Origin: an uncultured Collinsella sp.
Lineage (GTDB): Bacteria > Actinomycetota > Coriobacteriia > Coriobacteriales > Coriobacteriaceae
Length of the DNA stretch: 64,000 nucleotides
Assembly: GCA_900755005.1 (NCBI GenBank)
Contig: CAAEEX010000097.1
Location: 14,149-78,148 of the forward strand
Direction of reading: 5' to 3'
Part shown: piece by piece, positions 51,015-60,391 of the stretch
Layout of the letters: each line of letters opens with the position of its first letter
Numbering within the stretch: the stretch's first letter is position 1
Notes under the pieces: generated by a model
Database searches by the model: none
Told to the model about the DNA's origin: nothing
The model's input: the letters and a program-made list of their open reading frames with translations, nothing else
Position numbers and translations under genes: made by a program

Positions 51015-52319
51015 CTACTGGTTGTCAGCAGCCGAGAAATCCATATCGAGCGAAGAAACGGCCCAGCCGATATGGTTGTCGGAGCGCACGAATTTGACGG
51101 TGTACTCCTGCTCGCCGCCCTTGGACAGCGATGCCTTCACCTTGGCGGTCGTCTCGGTCATGGACTGATCCATGCCCTCGACGGACACGGTGGCACCCTG
51201 CGGAATCGAGGAGATGATCATCGACTTAGCGTCCTCGGACAGGCTCGAGGCCAGGCAAGACTCGGCCTTTGCGGCGTCACCGTCGCCGGCAGCCTGGAAC
51301 AGATCGGTAACGACAGACTCCTGAGACGGGAAGCCAAAGCCGCGCGTGTAGGCAAAGCCCAGACCGCCCGCGGCGATCAAAATAAGCAGAAGCAGCACGA
51401 TGAAGACTTTGAGACCCGTATGGCGATGGCGACGACGGACCTTGGCCTGCTTACGATCCTGGCGGTCCTGCTGGACCATCTCGGACTCGGACAGCGTAAA
51501 GAAGCCGGTGTCCGAGGGATCAGGCATAAACTGACCGGTCGCGCCCGTAGGATCGAGAGGATCGACGGCAGGAGCGTCCATCGCGGGCGCCGGAGCCGTG
51601 GCCATAGCCGTCTGGGCAGACAGCGCGGCAAGCGAATCGTGCACGCGGGCAAGCTCATCGGCCTGCTCGGAGGTGAGCTGGTAGATGCCATCGGCAGTAG
51701 CGGCGTTAAAGGCGTCGAGTGCGTCGGAGGGACGGCCGGCGGCAGAAAGCGCCTGACCCATGCCGGCGTTGAGCGCACGCGTGTCGTCGCGGGGGCCGGC
51801 AAAGTCGATAGCCGTGCGGTAGGTCTCCACGGCATCCGCCGGACGGCCGAGCTTAATGAAGCAACGACCGAGCTCGCCGAGTGCGGCGGCAGGAGCCGGA
51901 TTGGCGCCGTCGATGGCAGCCTGACGGAAGGCGGTTCCTGCGTTGGCATAGTCGCCCGACTGGAACAGCGCATTGCCCAGGCCCAGATAGGCCTTGAACG
52001 GCGTGGCATAGGAAGCATCCTGCGTAGCGGCAGAGAACGCCTGAGCGGCCGTCGTGTAGTCGCCCACGGCGGCAAGCGCCTTGCCGCGGTTGGTGAGCAG
52101 CGCCCCGCGCTTGCCGTAGGTGCCGTCGTTGAGGGCGGCGGCATAGGCCTCGGCGGCCTCGGCATACATGCCCAGGTGCATCAAGGCGTTGCCACGAAGG
52201 TGATCGGCCTCGCCCATAATCTCATCGGGAGTCTTTGCCGCCCCAAGCATCTGGGCTGCAGCGGAAAAATCACCCGCGCGGTAAGCGGCGCGGCCCTGTT
52301 GGATCAGCTGGCTATTCAA
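51015..52319 (-). CDS. TPR-repeat membrane protein with C-terminal extracytoplasmic domain
   Basis: 434 aa. N-terminal TPR-like repeats (Ala/Gly-rich helical pairs), one TM (LKVFIVLLLLILIAAGGLGFAY), and a C-terminal roughly 110-aa globular domain. Confidence 0.7.
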   Translation of the reverse strand: MNSQLIQQGRAAYRAGDFSAAAQMLGAAKTPDEIMGEADHLRGNALMHLGMYAEAAEAYAAALNDGTYGKRGALLTNRGKALAAVGDYTTAAQAFSAATQDASYATPFKAYLGLGNALFQSGDYANAGTAFRQAAIDGANPAPAAALGELGRCFIKLGRPADAVETYRTAIDFAGPRDDTRALNAGMGQALSAAGRPSDALDAFNAATADGIYQLTSEQADELARVHDSLAALSAQTAMATAPAPAMDAPAVDPLDPTGATGQFMPDPSDTGFFTLSESEMVQQDRQDRKQAKVRRRHRHTGLKVFIVLLLLILIAAGGLGFAYTRGFGFPSQESVVTDLFQAAGDGDAAKAESCLASSLSEDAKSMIISSIPQGATVSVEGMDQSMTETTAKVKASLSKGGEQEYTVKFVRSDNHIGWAVSSLDMDFSAADNQ

Positions 52320-52330
52320 GGAAGTCCCCT

Positions 52331-52873
52331 TTACTCGTGAACAATCTCGACATGGACGATCTCGTCGCCGGCACGCAGCTGCGAAATCACATCGAGACCC
52401 TCGACCGTGGTACCAAAGACGGTGTAGCCAGAATCGAGGTTATGCTGGGCACCCAGGCAGAAGTAGAACTGCGAACCCGCGGAATCGGGGTCCATAGAGC
52501 GTGCCATGGCAAGGGCGCCATCGACATGGCTGTTGCGCGGATTGGTGGCAAACTCGCCCTTGATGCAGTAGCCGGGGCCACCGGTACCGGGCATGCCGTC
52601 GGGGCCCTCAAGACCGGCAGCGACGTCGGCGCCGGACATGTCGCGGGTATTGGGGTCGCCGCCCTGGATGACAAAGCCGGGCACATAGCGATGGAACTTA
52701 AGGCCATCATAGAAACCCATCGTGGAAAGCTCGCAGAAGTTCGCGACATGAATGGGAGCGCCCTCACCGTCAAACTTGACCTTGATGGTACCCTTCGACG
52801 TCTCGATAACGGCGCACTCGTCGCCGGCAAGCTGATACTCGGGCGTGTAGAGCTCTTTCTTAAAACCAAACAT
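52331..52873 (-). CDS. ppiB: peptidyl-prolyl cis-trans isomerase, cyclophilin type
   Basis: FHRYVPGFVIQGGDP. Cyclophilin fold. Confidence 0.9.
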   Translation of the reverse strand: MFGFKKELYTPEYQLAGDECAVIETSKGTIKVKFDGEGAPIHVANFCELSTMGFYDGLKFHRYVPGFVIQGGDPNTRDMSGADVAAGLEGPDGMPGTGGPGYCIKGEFATNPRNSHVDGALAMARSMDPDSAGSQFYFCLGAQHNLDSGYTVFGTTVEGLDVISQLRAGDEIVHVEIVHE

Positions 52874-52980
52874 GTGGTTCCTTCCTCGTGCGTTTAAAGC
52901 ATATTTGTACGAATTGTAGCAATAAGCACGGGCTTACATCAATTGCGCACGTAGGTTATGCCGACTATGGCGAACTAATT

Positions 52981-54153
52981 TTAGGAACGCTGCTGCGGCT
53001 TCCAGGAGCCCACGTTGGCGTCATACTGATTCAGCGCGCTGTTGCCGCCCTGTGCGATGGGCGCCAGAATATCGCTTTGGTGGGAACTCATCGACTCGCC
53101 ATCGGGAATGGCCAGCGAGATGTCCCAGCTCTGGCAGATCACGTCGACGCGCTCGTACATCCACTCGGCAAGCTGCTTTAAGTGGGCGATGTCATCCGCA
53201 TAGACCGTATCGTCCTGGTACTTAAGGTTGTTGAGCTCATCTTGCGTCTTTTTGATCTGGTCGCGCAGGGCGTAGGCACTCTGCGACAGCTCCTGACGGG
53301 TGGACAGCGGCGTTCGGAGATAGCCGTTGTTAAAGGAATCGATGACCTCGCCGATCTGATCCTCGTCAGCATAGGACACGATGGTCTGATACAGACCGTC
53401 GAGCCTGGTATAGAGCTGATCATCGGTGAGCACGGTTTCTTCCTGGACCACCTCGGCAGAATCGTCCTGCTTGGTATCGTCCTCAGTGGCCTCGCCCTTT
53501 TGGCGCGTGGGGAAGGTCGTCTGCGCGGCCTGGCCAAACTGGTCGTAGAAGCCGGGCATGACACCCATGGGATCGGCCGTCACGAACCAATAGGCACCAC
53601 CGCACACAAGGGCAAGGACCGCGATGACAATAAGCGGCTTGGGGATATGACGCTTGTGCTTGTGATAGGCGTCCTCGTCGGGGTGCACCTTGCGCTTGGG
53701 TTTTTGAGCATCGTCATGCAGGGAAACGGGCATGGGAATATCGACCTTGGGGATACCAAAATCCTTATCGAAAGCTGGCAGCACGCAGGTCTCATTGGGG
53801 TCGGCGGCGTCCGAAAGCACCGCAGCGGCAGAGGCCGGCGCATGCGGCACCTCGGTATCGATCTGCTCTTGCGTTAGGCGCGGAAAGCCCGCCGTGCGGC
53901 CCGCTGCCAGGTCGGATGCGGCCGCGTCCTCGGAGAGGATACCCGGAGCCGGGCGTCCGCATTTGGGGCATGTACGATCATGCGGAGAAAGACGGGCACC
54001 GCAGCCCTCACAGAACACAAACTCGGTGTGCTCGGGACCATCGCCCGGACCCACATAGGCGTTGCAGTAGGGGCAGAACGAGGCGCCGTCCTCGATAGTC
54101 TTAAGGCAATGCGGGCAGATCACGGCATCCTCTTTTCGAAGCAATTCAAACAA
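52981..54153 (-). CDS. double zinc-ribbon membrane protein, function unknown
   Basis: Two CxxC...CxxC zinc ribbons (CPHC..CPYC; CEGC..CPKC). A central TM (LIVIAVLALVCGGAYWF). C-terminal extracytoplasmic domain. Confidence 0.7.
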   Translation of the reverse strand: MFELLRKEDAVICPHCLKTIEDGASFCPYCNAYVGPGDGPEHTEFVFCEGCGARLSPHDRTCPKCGRPAPGILSEDAAASDLAAGRTAGFPRLTQEQIDTEVPHAPASAAAVLSDAADPNETCVLPAFDKDFGIPKVDIPMPVSLHDDAQKPKRKVHPDEDAYHKHKRHIPKPLIVIAVLALVCGGAYWFVTADPMGVMPGFYDQFGQAAQTTFPTRQKGEATEDDTKQDDSAEVVQEETVLTDDQLYTRLDGLYQTIVSYADEDQIGEVIDSFNNGYLRTPLSTRQELSQSAYALRDQIKKTQDELNNLKYQDDTVYADDIAHLKQLAEWMYERVDVICQSWDISLAIPDGESMSSHQSDILAPIAQGGNSALNQYDANVGSWKPQQRS

Positions 54154-54226
54154 TCGAGGTTAGAGCATAACATCGCCACGGCTCCACTGGAGCAAGGCAC
54201 CAATTCAACATCGCCAGGGCGCGTAG

Positions 54227-56965
54227 TTACTTCTTCTTTTTGCTCGGCATCGAGACTTTGATGCCTTGGGCGGACTTGGTTACGCGAGAGCGCTTGGCTC
54301 CGCTACCCTTCTTTTTCTTGGGCTGGGCCTGGGCCACGCCCTCGAGTGCGCGGACCTCGGCCTCACGAACGGTGCGAGCTTCGCGGCGCTGCGCCATGTC
54401 GGCGGCGACGCGCTTGGCAAAACGCTCGGCCGTCGAACCCGTCGAGCTCACCTTGCCGCCACCGCGACCCAGGCGGACGCGCACACCGCGGCCAAAACCA
54501 GTTGCGGCATGACGACGACGCGGCTTAAGCGAATCCATCATCGCGGCGAGCTTAAAGAACACCGAGCAGGTAATGACAACGATACCCGTCAAGATAATCA
54601 TTTGGCTCATCGACAGGTTGGCAATGGACAGCAGCTCCGGGAACCCGATAACACCCGTCAAAATGCCGGCGACGACAAACACGAAGAGCACCACACGTAA
54701 GGGCGTGAGCGGCTGCGAGATGCGCCAGATCAGGCTGACGCTCGCCGCGCACGACGTAAGCAGGCACATCGTGGACAGCGTGAGCTGGCTAAAGCCAAAC
54801 ACGCGCGCCACAAAGATATCGAGCGCCGCGGCCAAAATGACCGCAATCGACGCCGGCAGTGCCCGCTTGAGCACGTTTGTCAGGAACGACCCCTTCACGC
54901 GAGCATTGTTGGGCTCCAGGCCCAACACAAAGCCCGGCGCGCCGATGCAGAAGAAGTTGATGAGCGTCATCTGGATGGGCTCGAAGGGATACGGCGGCAG
55001 TGCAATGCACAGCGCCGCCAGGCCCATCGAGAACAGCGTCTTGGTCAGGAACAGCGAGGCCGAACGCTGCAGGTTGTTGATGGAGCGACGGCCCTCGGCC
55101 ACCACGGCGGGCATCGAGGCAAAGTCGTTGTCAACGAGTACGATCTCGGCCACGTTGCGCGCGGCATCGGAGCCGGCCGCCATGGCAACGGAGCAGTCGG
55201 CCTCCTTGAGAGCCAGCACGTCGTTGACGCCGTCGCCCGTCATGGCCACGGTGTGCTCGCGGCGCTTGAGCGCCTGCACGAGCTCGCGCTTCTGCTGCGG
55301 GGTCACACGACCAAAGACATGGTAGCGGTCCACTGCGGCATCGAGCTTGGTCGGCGTGTCGAGCGTCGTGGCGTCCACATAAGCGTCCGCCCCCGGCACG
55401 CCCACCACGCGCGCGATCGACGACACCGTACGCGGGTCGTCGCCACTGATCACGTTGAGGGTCACGCCCTGCTCGTTAAAGTAGCCGATGGTCTCGGCCG
55501 CTGAGGTACGAATCTCGTCACGGATGGTCACAAAGCCCACGGGCTCGGCCTCGCCCACCATATCGCCATCGGGCGTAAAGCCGTCCACGCGCGCCACCAC
55601 GAGCACGCGGCAGGTATCGGCAAGCTCGGCGACACGGTTCTCGACCTGAGAAAACACACGATCAGAGAGCACAAACTGCGCGGCGCCCATTACGTAGGAG
55701 CCCTGCGCAAACGAAGCGCCACTCCATTTTTTAGACGACGAGAACGGAATGACCGACAGCGGCTCAGACACCTCGACCGGACGATCGGCGTAATAGTTGA
55801 GCAGCGCTTGGCAGGTCTCGTTGGCATCGGCCGAAGTCGCACGCGCGACGTTAGCCAGCGCAAAATCGAGCACCGTGGAATCGACGGGAACAGCCGCCTC
55901 GTCAGAGCCGGCGCCTAGGCTCACGCCCTCAACCGGCAGCGGATACGTGCCCTCGACCTCCATGCGGCCCGACGTGATGGTGCCCGTCTTGTCCAGGCAC
56001 AGCACGTCGACGCGAGCGAGCGTCTCGATGCAGTAGAGCTGCTGCGCCAGCACCTTGCGGCGGGCCAGACGCACCGTGGCGATGGCGAGCACCGACGAGG
56101 TCAGCAGCACCAAGCCTTGCGGGATCATGCCCAGCAGGGCACCCACCGTGGACAGTAGCGCCGACGAAGGCACATGGCCAGCCAACAGCTCGGAGAAGCA
56201 CCACGAAAGCGCGCTATCGCCCGGGGTTCCCGCGGCATCCCACAGCTCGCTCACACTCGAGGCAAACAACGCCAAACCGAGCGGGATCATGATGATGCTC
56301 GCAAAGCGCACGATGGCGTTAAGCGCGTTCATGATCTCGGAATTGACCTTTTTGACGTATTTGGCCTCGTTATTGATCTTAGCCACGTAGTTGTCGGCGC
56401 CGACATGGATCACGCGGGCGCGCAGCAGGCCCGAGTCGATAAAGCTGCCGCTCATGAGCTCGGAACCGGGCTGTTTCTTAATAAGGTCGCTCTCGCCCGT
56501 CAGCAAGCTCTCGTTCACGAGCGCCTCGCCCGAAACCACCACGGCGTCGGCGGGAATCTGGTCGCCGCGCCCCAAGCGAATGATGTCGTCGAGCACGATC
56601 TGGTCCAAGTCGAGCTCCACCTCGGCGCCGTCGCGCACCGCGATGGCCTTCTTGGAGGTCAGCAGCGTGAGCTTATCGACCATCTTCTTGGAACGCATGG
56701 ACTGGATGACGCCAATAGCGGTATTGAGGAACACCACGAACAGGAACGTCAGATTCTTAAACGAACCGGTCAAAATGACCAGGAACGCCAAGATCACGTT
56801 GATCAAATTGAACAGCGTGCAGAGGTTCTCGATGATGAGCTCTTTGACCGACTTGGTCTTGAGCTCCATGTTGCGGTTGATCTTACCGGCGGCGATGCGC
56901 TCCTCGACCTCGGCGGTCGAGAGTCCGCGCTCGATATCCGTTGCTGCCATACCACGTCCCATCAC
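54227..56965 (-). CDS. cation-transporting P-type ATPase (P2-type, Ca2+/Mg2+-like) with Lys/Arg-rich C-terminal tail
   Basis: DKTGTIT phosphorylation motif. TGDGVNDVLALKEADCSVAM hinge motif. 10 TM segments. About 100-aa basic tail ending KKKK. Confidence 0.88.
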   Translation of the reverse strand: MMGRGMAATDIERGLSTAEVEERIAAGKINRNMELKTKSVKELIIENLCTLFNLINVILAFLVILTGSFKNLTFLFVVFLNTAIGVIQSMRSKKMVDKLTLLTSKKAIAVRDGAEVELDLDQIVLDDIIRLGRGDQIPADAVVVSGEALVNESLLTGESDLIKKQPGSELMSGSFIDSGLLRARVIHVGADNYVAKINNEAKYVKKVNSEIMNALNAIVRFASIIMIPLGLALFASSVSELWDAAGTPGDSALSWCFSELLAGHVPSSALLSTVGALLGMIPQGLVLLTSSVLAIATVRLARRKVLAQQLYCIETLARVDVLCLDKTGTITSGRMEVEGTYPLPVEGVSLGAGSDEAAVPVDSTVLDFALANVARATSADANETCQALLNYYADRPVEVSEPLSVIPFSSSKKWSGASFAQGSYVMGAAQFVLSDRVFSQVENRVAELADTCRVLVVARVDGFTPDGDMVGEAEPVGFVTIRDEIRTSAAETIGYFNEQGVTLNVISGDDPRTVSSIARVVGVPGADAYVDATTLDTPTKLDAAVDRYHVFGRVTPQQKRELVQALKRREHTVAMTGDGVNDVLALKEADCSVAMAAGSDAARNVAEIVLVDNDFASMPAVVAEGRRSINNLQRSASLFLTKTLFSMGLAALCIALPPYPFEPIQMTLINFFCIGAPGFVLGLEPNNARVKGSFLTNVLKRALPASIAVILAAALDIFVARVFGFSQLTLSTMCLLTSCAASVSLIWRISQPLTPLRVVLFVFVVAGILTGVIGFPELLSIANLSMSQMIILTGIVVITCSVFFKLAAMMDSLKPRRRHAATGFGRGVRVRLGRGGGKVSSTGSTAERFAKRVAADMAQRREARTVREAEVRALEGVAQAQPKKKKGSGAKRSRVTKSAQGIKVSMPSKKKK

Positions 56966-56980
56966 GTCGCGTCGGTATAA

Positions 56981-57014
56981 GAAAAACCGCCCGGACCATG
57001 CGAGGTTCGGACGG
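56981..57014 (-). terminator. Rho-independent terminator after tRNA-Arg
   Basis: Stem CCGUCCGAACC / GGUCCGGGCGG followed by UUUUUCUUAU on the minus strand. Confidence 0.7.
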
Positions 57015-57026
57015 TCTTACGTTCGA

Positions 57027-57103
57027 TGGTGCCCCATGTTGGATTCGAACCAACGGCCTTCTGCTCCGGAGGCAGACGCTCTAATCCCCTGAGCTAATAG
57101 GGC
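57027..57103 (-). tRNA. tRNA-Arg (anticodon CCG), CCA encoded
   Basis: Reverse complement is GCCCTATTAGCTCAGGGGATTAGAGCGTCTGCCTCCGGAGCAGAAGGCCGTTGGTTCGAATCCAACATGGGGCACCA. Cloverleaf with a 7/7 acceptor stem. Anticodon loop CUCCGGA with G37. T-loop TTCGAAT. Confidence 0.9.
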
Positions 57104-57114
57104 CAACGGTTGGC

Positions 57115-57144
57115 ATTATACCCAAGTGCACCACGGGCTATCAA
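57115..57144 (-). promoter_or_regulatory. sigma70-type promoter TTGATA-N18-TATAAT driving tRNA-Arg
   Basis: The -10 element ends 11 nt upstream of the mature tRNA 5' end. Hexamers read directly (revcomp of 57139-57144 and 57115-57120). Confidence 0.6.
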
Positions 57145-57249
57145 AATAAAAGAAAAAGCTTTGCAATTCCGAGGAAGACGCGGTGCAACGGCCCACTTTA
57201 GAAGGCAAAAGCAAGTCAGATAGTATAAACTCTCATGCACCATATATAC

Positions 57250-57274
57250 ACGGCTCGCGATGCGGGCCGTTTTT
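57250..57274 (+). terminator. intrinsic-terminator-like hairpin in the aroF leader (candidate attenuator)
   Basis: 9-bp stem ACGGCUCGC / GCGGGCCGU (one G-U pair), loop GAU, then UUUUUG. It ends 33 nt before the aroF ATG. A possible -10 TAGTAT lies at 57221-57226. Confidence 0.5.
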
Positions 57275-57307
57275 GCAAGGGTTATCCATCGAGGTGAGAG
57301 GCACACC

Positions 57308-58330
57308 ATGATTGCAATTTTAAAGCAGAGCGCCAGCGACGAGGCCGTCAGCCATATCGTCAGCTGGATTGAGAAAAAGGGCCTGAAGACCGATGTCTCG
57401 CGCGGCGAGAACGAGACGATCATCGGCCTGGTGGGCGATACGACCAAGATCGACCCGTTCCTGCTCGAGTCCATGGATGTCGTCGAGCGCGTACAGCGCG
57501 TCTCCGAGCCGTTCAAGCGCGCCAACCGCAAGTTCCACCCCGAGGACTCCGTCATCGACTGCGGCCACGGCGTCAAGATCGGCGGCGACCAGTTCCAGGT
57601 CATCGCCGGCCCGTGCTCCGTCGAGGGCGAGAACCTCATCCGCATCGCACGCCGCGTGAAGGCCGCCGGTGCCACGATGCTGCGCGGTGGCGCCTACAAG
57701 CCCCGCACCTCCCCCTACGCCTACCAGGGTATGGGCCCCGCCGGCCTCGACCTGCTGTGCGAGGCGTCCGCCGAGCTCGACATGCCGATCGTCACCGAGA
57801 TCATGGACCCGCGCGACGTGCAGGTCTTCCTGGACAAGAAGATCGACGTCATGCAGATCGGCGCCCGCAACGCCCAGAACTTCCCCCTGCTCAAGGAGGT
57901 CGGCAAGACCCAGTCTCCGATCTTGCTTAAGCGCGGCATGTCCGGCACGATCGACGAGCTACTCATGGCCGCCGAGTACATCATGAGCGAGGGCAACGAC
58001 CACGTCATCCTGTGCGAGCGCGGTATCCGCACCTTCGAGACCCGCACCCGCAATACCTTCGACCTCAACGCCGTGCCGGTGCTGCACCACCTGTCGCACC
58101 TGCCCGTCGTCGCCGACCCCAGCCACGCCACCGGCTACACCCGCTACGTTGAGCCCATGGCGCTCGCCGCGACCGCCTGCGGTGCCAACGGCCTGGAGAT
58201 CGAGGTCCACGACGAGCCCAGCCGCGCATGGTCCGACGGCGCCCAGGCCCTCACCCCCGATCAGTTCGACGACACCATGCGCCGCATCCGAGCCATCCGC
58301 GAGGTTGTCTGCCAAGAGACCATGGAGTAG
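57308..58330 (+). CDS. aroF: 3-deoxy-7-phosphoheptulonate (DAHP) synthase, type I-beta with N-terminal ACT/ferredoxin-like regulatory domain
   Basis: MIAILKQSASDEAVSHIVSWIEKKGLKTDVSRGENETIIGLVGD aligns with the Thermotoga-type regulatory domain. Catalytic core motifs GPCSVE and LRGGAYKPRTSPY. SD GGTGAGAGG. The ORF-track start at 57260 is upstream of the conserved Met. Confidence 0.9.
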   Translation: MIAILKQSASDEAVSHIVSWIEKKGLKTDVSRGENETIIGLVGDTTKIDPFLLESMDVVERVQRVSEPFKRANRKFHPEDSVIDCGHGVKIGGDQFQVIAGPCSVEGENLIRIARRVKAAGATMLRGGAYKPRTSPYAYQGMGPAGLDLLCEASAELDMPIVTEIMDPRDVQVFLDKKIDVMQIGARNAQNFPLLKEVGKTQSPILLKRGMSGTIDELLMAAEYIMSEGNDHVILCERGIRTFETRTRNTFDLNAVPVLHHLSHLPVVADPSHATGYTRYVEPMALAATACGANGLEIEVHDEPSRAWSDGAQALTPDQFDDTMRRIRAIREVVCQETME

Positions 58331-58333
58331 CCC

Positions 58334-59248
58334 ATGGGTACAGTGAGAAACGCGCGCGTTAACCAGGGCGGCCCCAAGTGCGCCGGCATCGTCGGCCTTG
58401 GCCTCATCGGCGGCAGCTTTGCCCGCGGCTATGCGCAGGCGGGCGTCCGTGTGCTGGCCTGGGACCCCGACGACGATGTCATGACGGCCGCCAGCATGGG
58501 CACCGTCGCCGGAGAGCTCAACGACAAGACGCTCGGCGAATGCGACATCATCGTCCTGGCTTGCTACCCCGAAGCCTGCATCGAGTGGCTCGAGGCACAC
58601 GCCCAGGCACTCGCCGACGCCACCGATACCGAGGCCATCATGGGCCCCGTGGTAATTGACACGGTGGGCGTCAAGGGCATCGTGTGCGAGCACGCCTTTG
58701 AGCTCGCCCGCGAGCACGGCTTTTATTTTGTGGGCGCGCACCCCATGGCGGGCACACAGTTCTCGGGCTACGCGCACTCCCGCGCCGACCTGTTCCAGGG
58801 CGCACCGCTCGTACTTGTGCCGCCCGCGGTGGACGATGCGCTCAAGCTGGAACTTTTGGGCCAGGTGCGCGAGATGGTGCGCCCCTTGGGCTTTGGCAAG
58901 TTCAGCGTGACCAGCGCCGCCGAGCACGACCGTGTCATCGCCTTCACGAGCCAGCTTGCGCACGTGGTATCCAACGCCTACGTCAAAAGCCCCACTGCCC
59001 AGGTCCACCACGGCTTTTCGGCCGGTAGCTACCGCGATCTCACCCGCGTGGCGCACCTCAACCCCCAGATGTGGTCCGAGCTCATGATCGACGACGCCAA
59101 TGCGCTCGCCTTCGAGATCGACCATCTGATCGAATCGCTCGGCGCCTACAGCCGCGCCCTTAAAGACCGCGACCAGCGCTATCTGGAGAATCTCCTTGCC
59201 GAGGGCGACCGAATTAAGCGCGCACTCGACGACGAGGCCTCCCACTAG
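58334..59248 (+). CDS. tyrA: prephenate (arogenate) dehydrogenase
   Basis: GIVGLGLIGGSFARG NAD-binding motif. TyrA core. Confidence 0.88.
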   Translation: MGTVRNARVNQGGPKCAGIVGLGLIGGSFARGYAQAGVRVLAWDPDDDVMTAASMGTVAGELNDKTLGECDIIVLACYPEACIEWLEAHAQALADATDTEAIMGPVVIDTVGVKGIVCEHAFELAREHGFYFVGAHPMAGTQFSGYAHSRADLFQGAPLVLVPPAVDDALKLELLGQVREMVRPLGFGKFSVTSAAEHDRVIAFTSQLAHVVSNAYVKSPTAQVHHGFSAGSYRDLTRVAHLNPQMWSELMIDDANALAFEIDHLIESLGAYSRALKDRDQRYLENLLAEGDRIKRALDDEASH

Positions 59249-59284
59249 ACCACCCATCACGCCAGGTCGAAAGGACCGAAGCTT

Positions 59285-60391
59285 ATGGCGATTACCATCG
59301 ATATCGACACCGCACGCCCCTACCAGGTGCATGTTGGCACGTTTTTGCTGGAGCAGGCGGGACCGCTCGTGCGCGCCACTGCCGGCGGCACCAAGGCCGT
59401 CATCGTTACGGACACCAACGTGGGCCCACTCTACCAGATGCCCGTTAAGCAGAGCCTGGAATCAGCGGGCTACGAGGTGAGCATCTGCACCTTCGAGGCC
59501 GGCGAGGCCCATAAACGCGCCGAGACCTACGTTGCCATTTTGGAGTTTGTGGCCGAGCACGAGATTTCGCGCTCCGACGTGATCGTTGCACTCGGCGGCG
59601 GCGTCGTGGGCGACGTGGCGGGCTTTGTGGCCGCCACCTACATGCGCGGCTGCAAGTTTGTGCAGATCCCGACGAGCCTGCTCGCCATGGTGGATTCGTC
59701 GGTGGGCGGCAAGACCGCCATCGATCTGGCTGCCGGCAAGAACCTGGCCGGCGCCTTTTGGCAGCCGAGCGTGGTTATCGCCGACGTGGGGTGCCTGGCC
59801 ACCCTCACGCCCGAGCAGTTCGCCGACGGCTGCGGCGAGGTCGTCAAGCACGCCGTAATCGCCGATCCGGAGCTTTTCGCCGAGCTGGAGAAGACTCCGC
59901 TCACGCTGGAGCTGCTCAACCAGGACGTGGCTCGCGTGGCGCTTATCATCGCCCGCAATATCGACATCAAGCGCGCCGTGGTCGTCGCCGACGAGCGCGA
60001 AACCAACCAGCGCAAGCTCCTCAACTTTGGACACAGCGCCGGACACGCCGTCGAGGCCTGCGAGCACTTTGAGCTCGGACACGGCAACTGCGTGTCGATC
60101 GGCATGGGCATCATCACGCGCGCCGCGGCCCTGCACGGCGTTTGCGATGCTGCCCTTCCCGGTCGTATTGAGGAACTCTGCGCCCGCCATAGCCTCAAGA
60201 CCCGCTGCGACCTAGATGCCGATGCCGTCTTTGCCGAGGCGCTCCACGACAAGAAGCGCTCGGGCGACACCATCGATCTGGTGATTCCGCACGACATTGG
60301 CCGCTGCAGCATCGACCGTACGCCGCTTTCCACTTTCCACGAACTCATTGCCGAGGGCCTCGGCCAGAAGGGAGACGCATCCGCATGCTAG
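59285..60391 (+). CDS. aroB: 3-dehydroquinate synthase
   Basis: GGGVVGDVAGFVAATYMRG and Zn-binding His motifs (HSAGHAVE). Confidence 0.92.
   Translation: MAITIDIDTARPYQVHVGTFLLEQAGPLVRATAGGTKAVIVTDTNVGPLYQMPVKQSLESAGYEVSICTFEAGEAHKRAETYVAILEFVAEHEISRSDVIVALGGGVVGDVAGFVAATYMRGCKFVQIPTSLLAMVDSSVGGKTAIDLAAGKNLAGAFWQPSVVIADVGCLATLTPEQFADGCGEVVKHAVIADPELFAELEKTPLTLELLNQDVARVALIIARNIDIKRAVVVADERETNQRKLLNFGHSAGHAVEACEHFELGHGNCVSIGMGIITRAAALHGVCDAALPGRIEELCARHSLKTRCDLDADAVFAEALHDKKRSGDTIDLVIPHDIGRCSIDRTPLSTFHELIAEGLGQKGDASAC

Noticed and set aside
57235-57297. 20-codon leader ORF (MHHIYTARDAGRFCKGYPSR) spanning the aroF leader hairpin, considered as an aromatic-amino-acid leader peptide
   Set aside because: Only 3 aromatic codons with no tandem run, and no obvious SD. 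It is retained only as a speculative note inside the attenuator finding rather than called as a feature.
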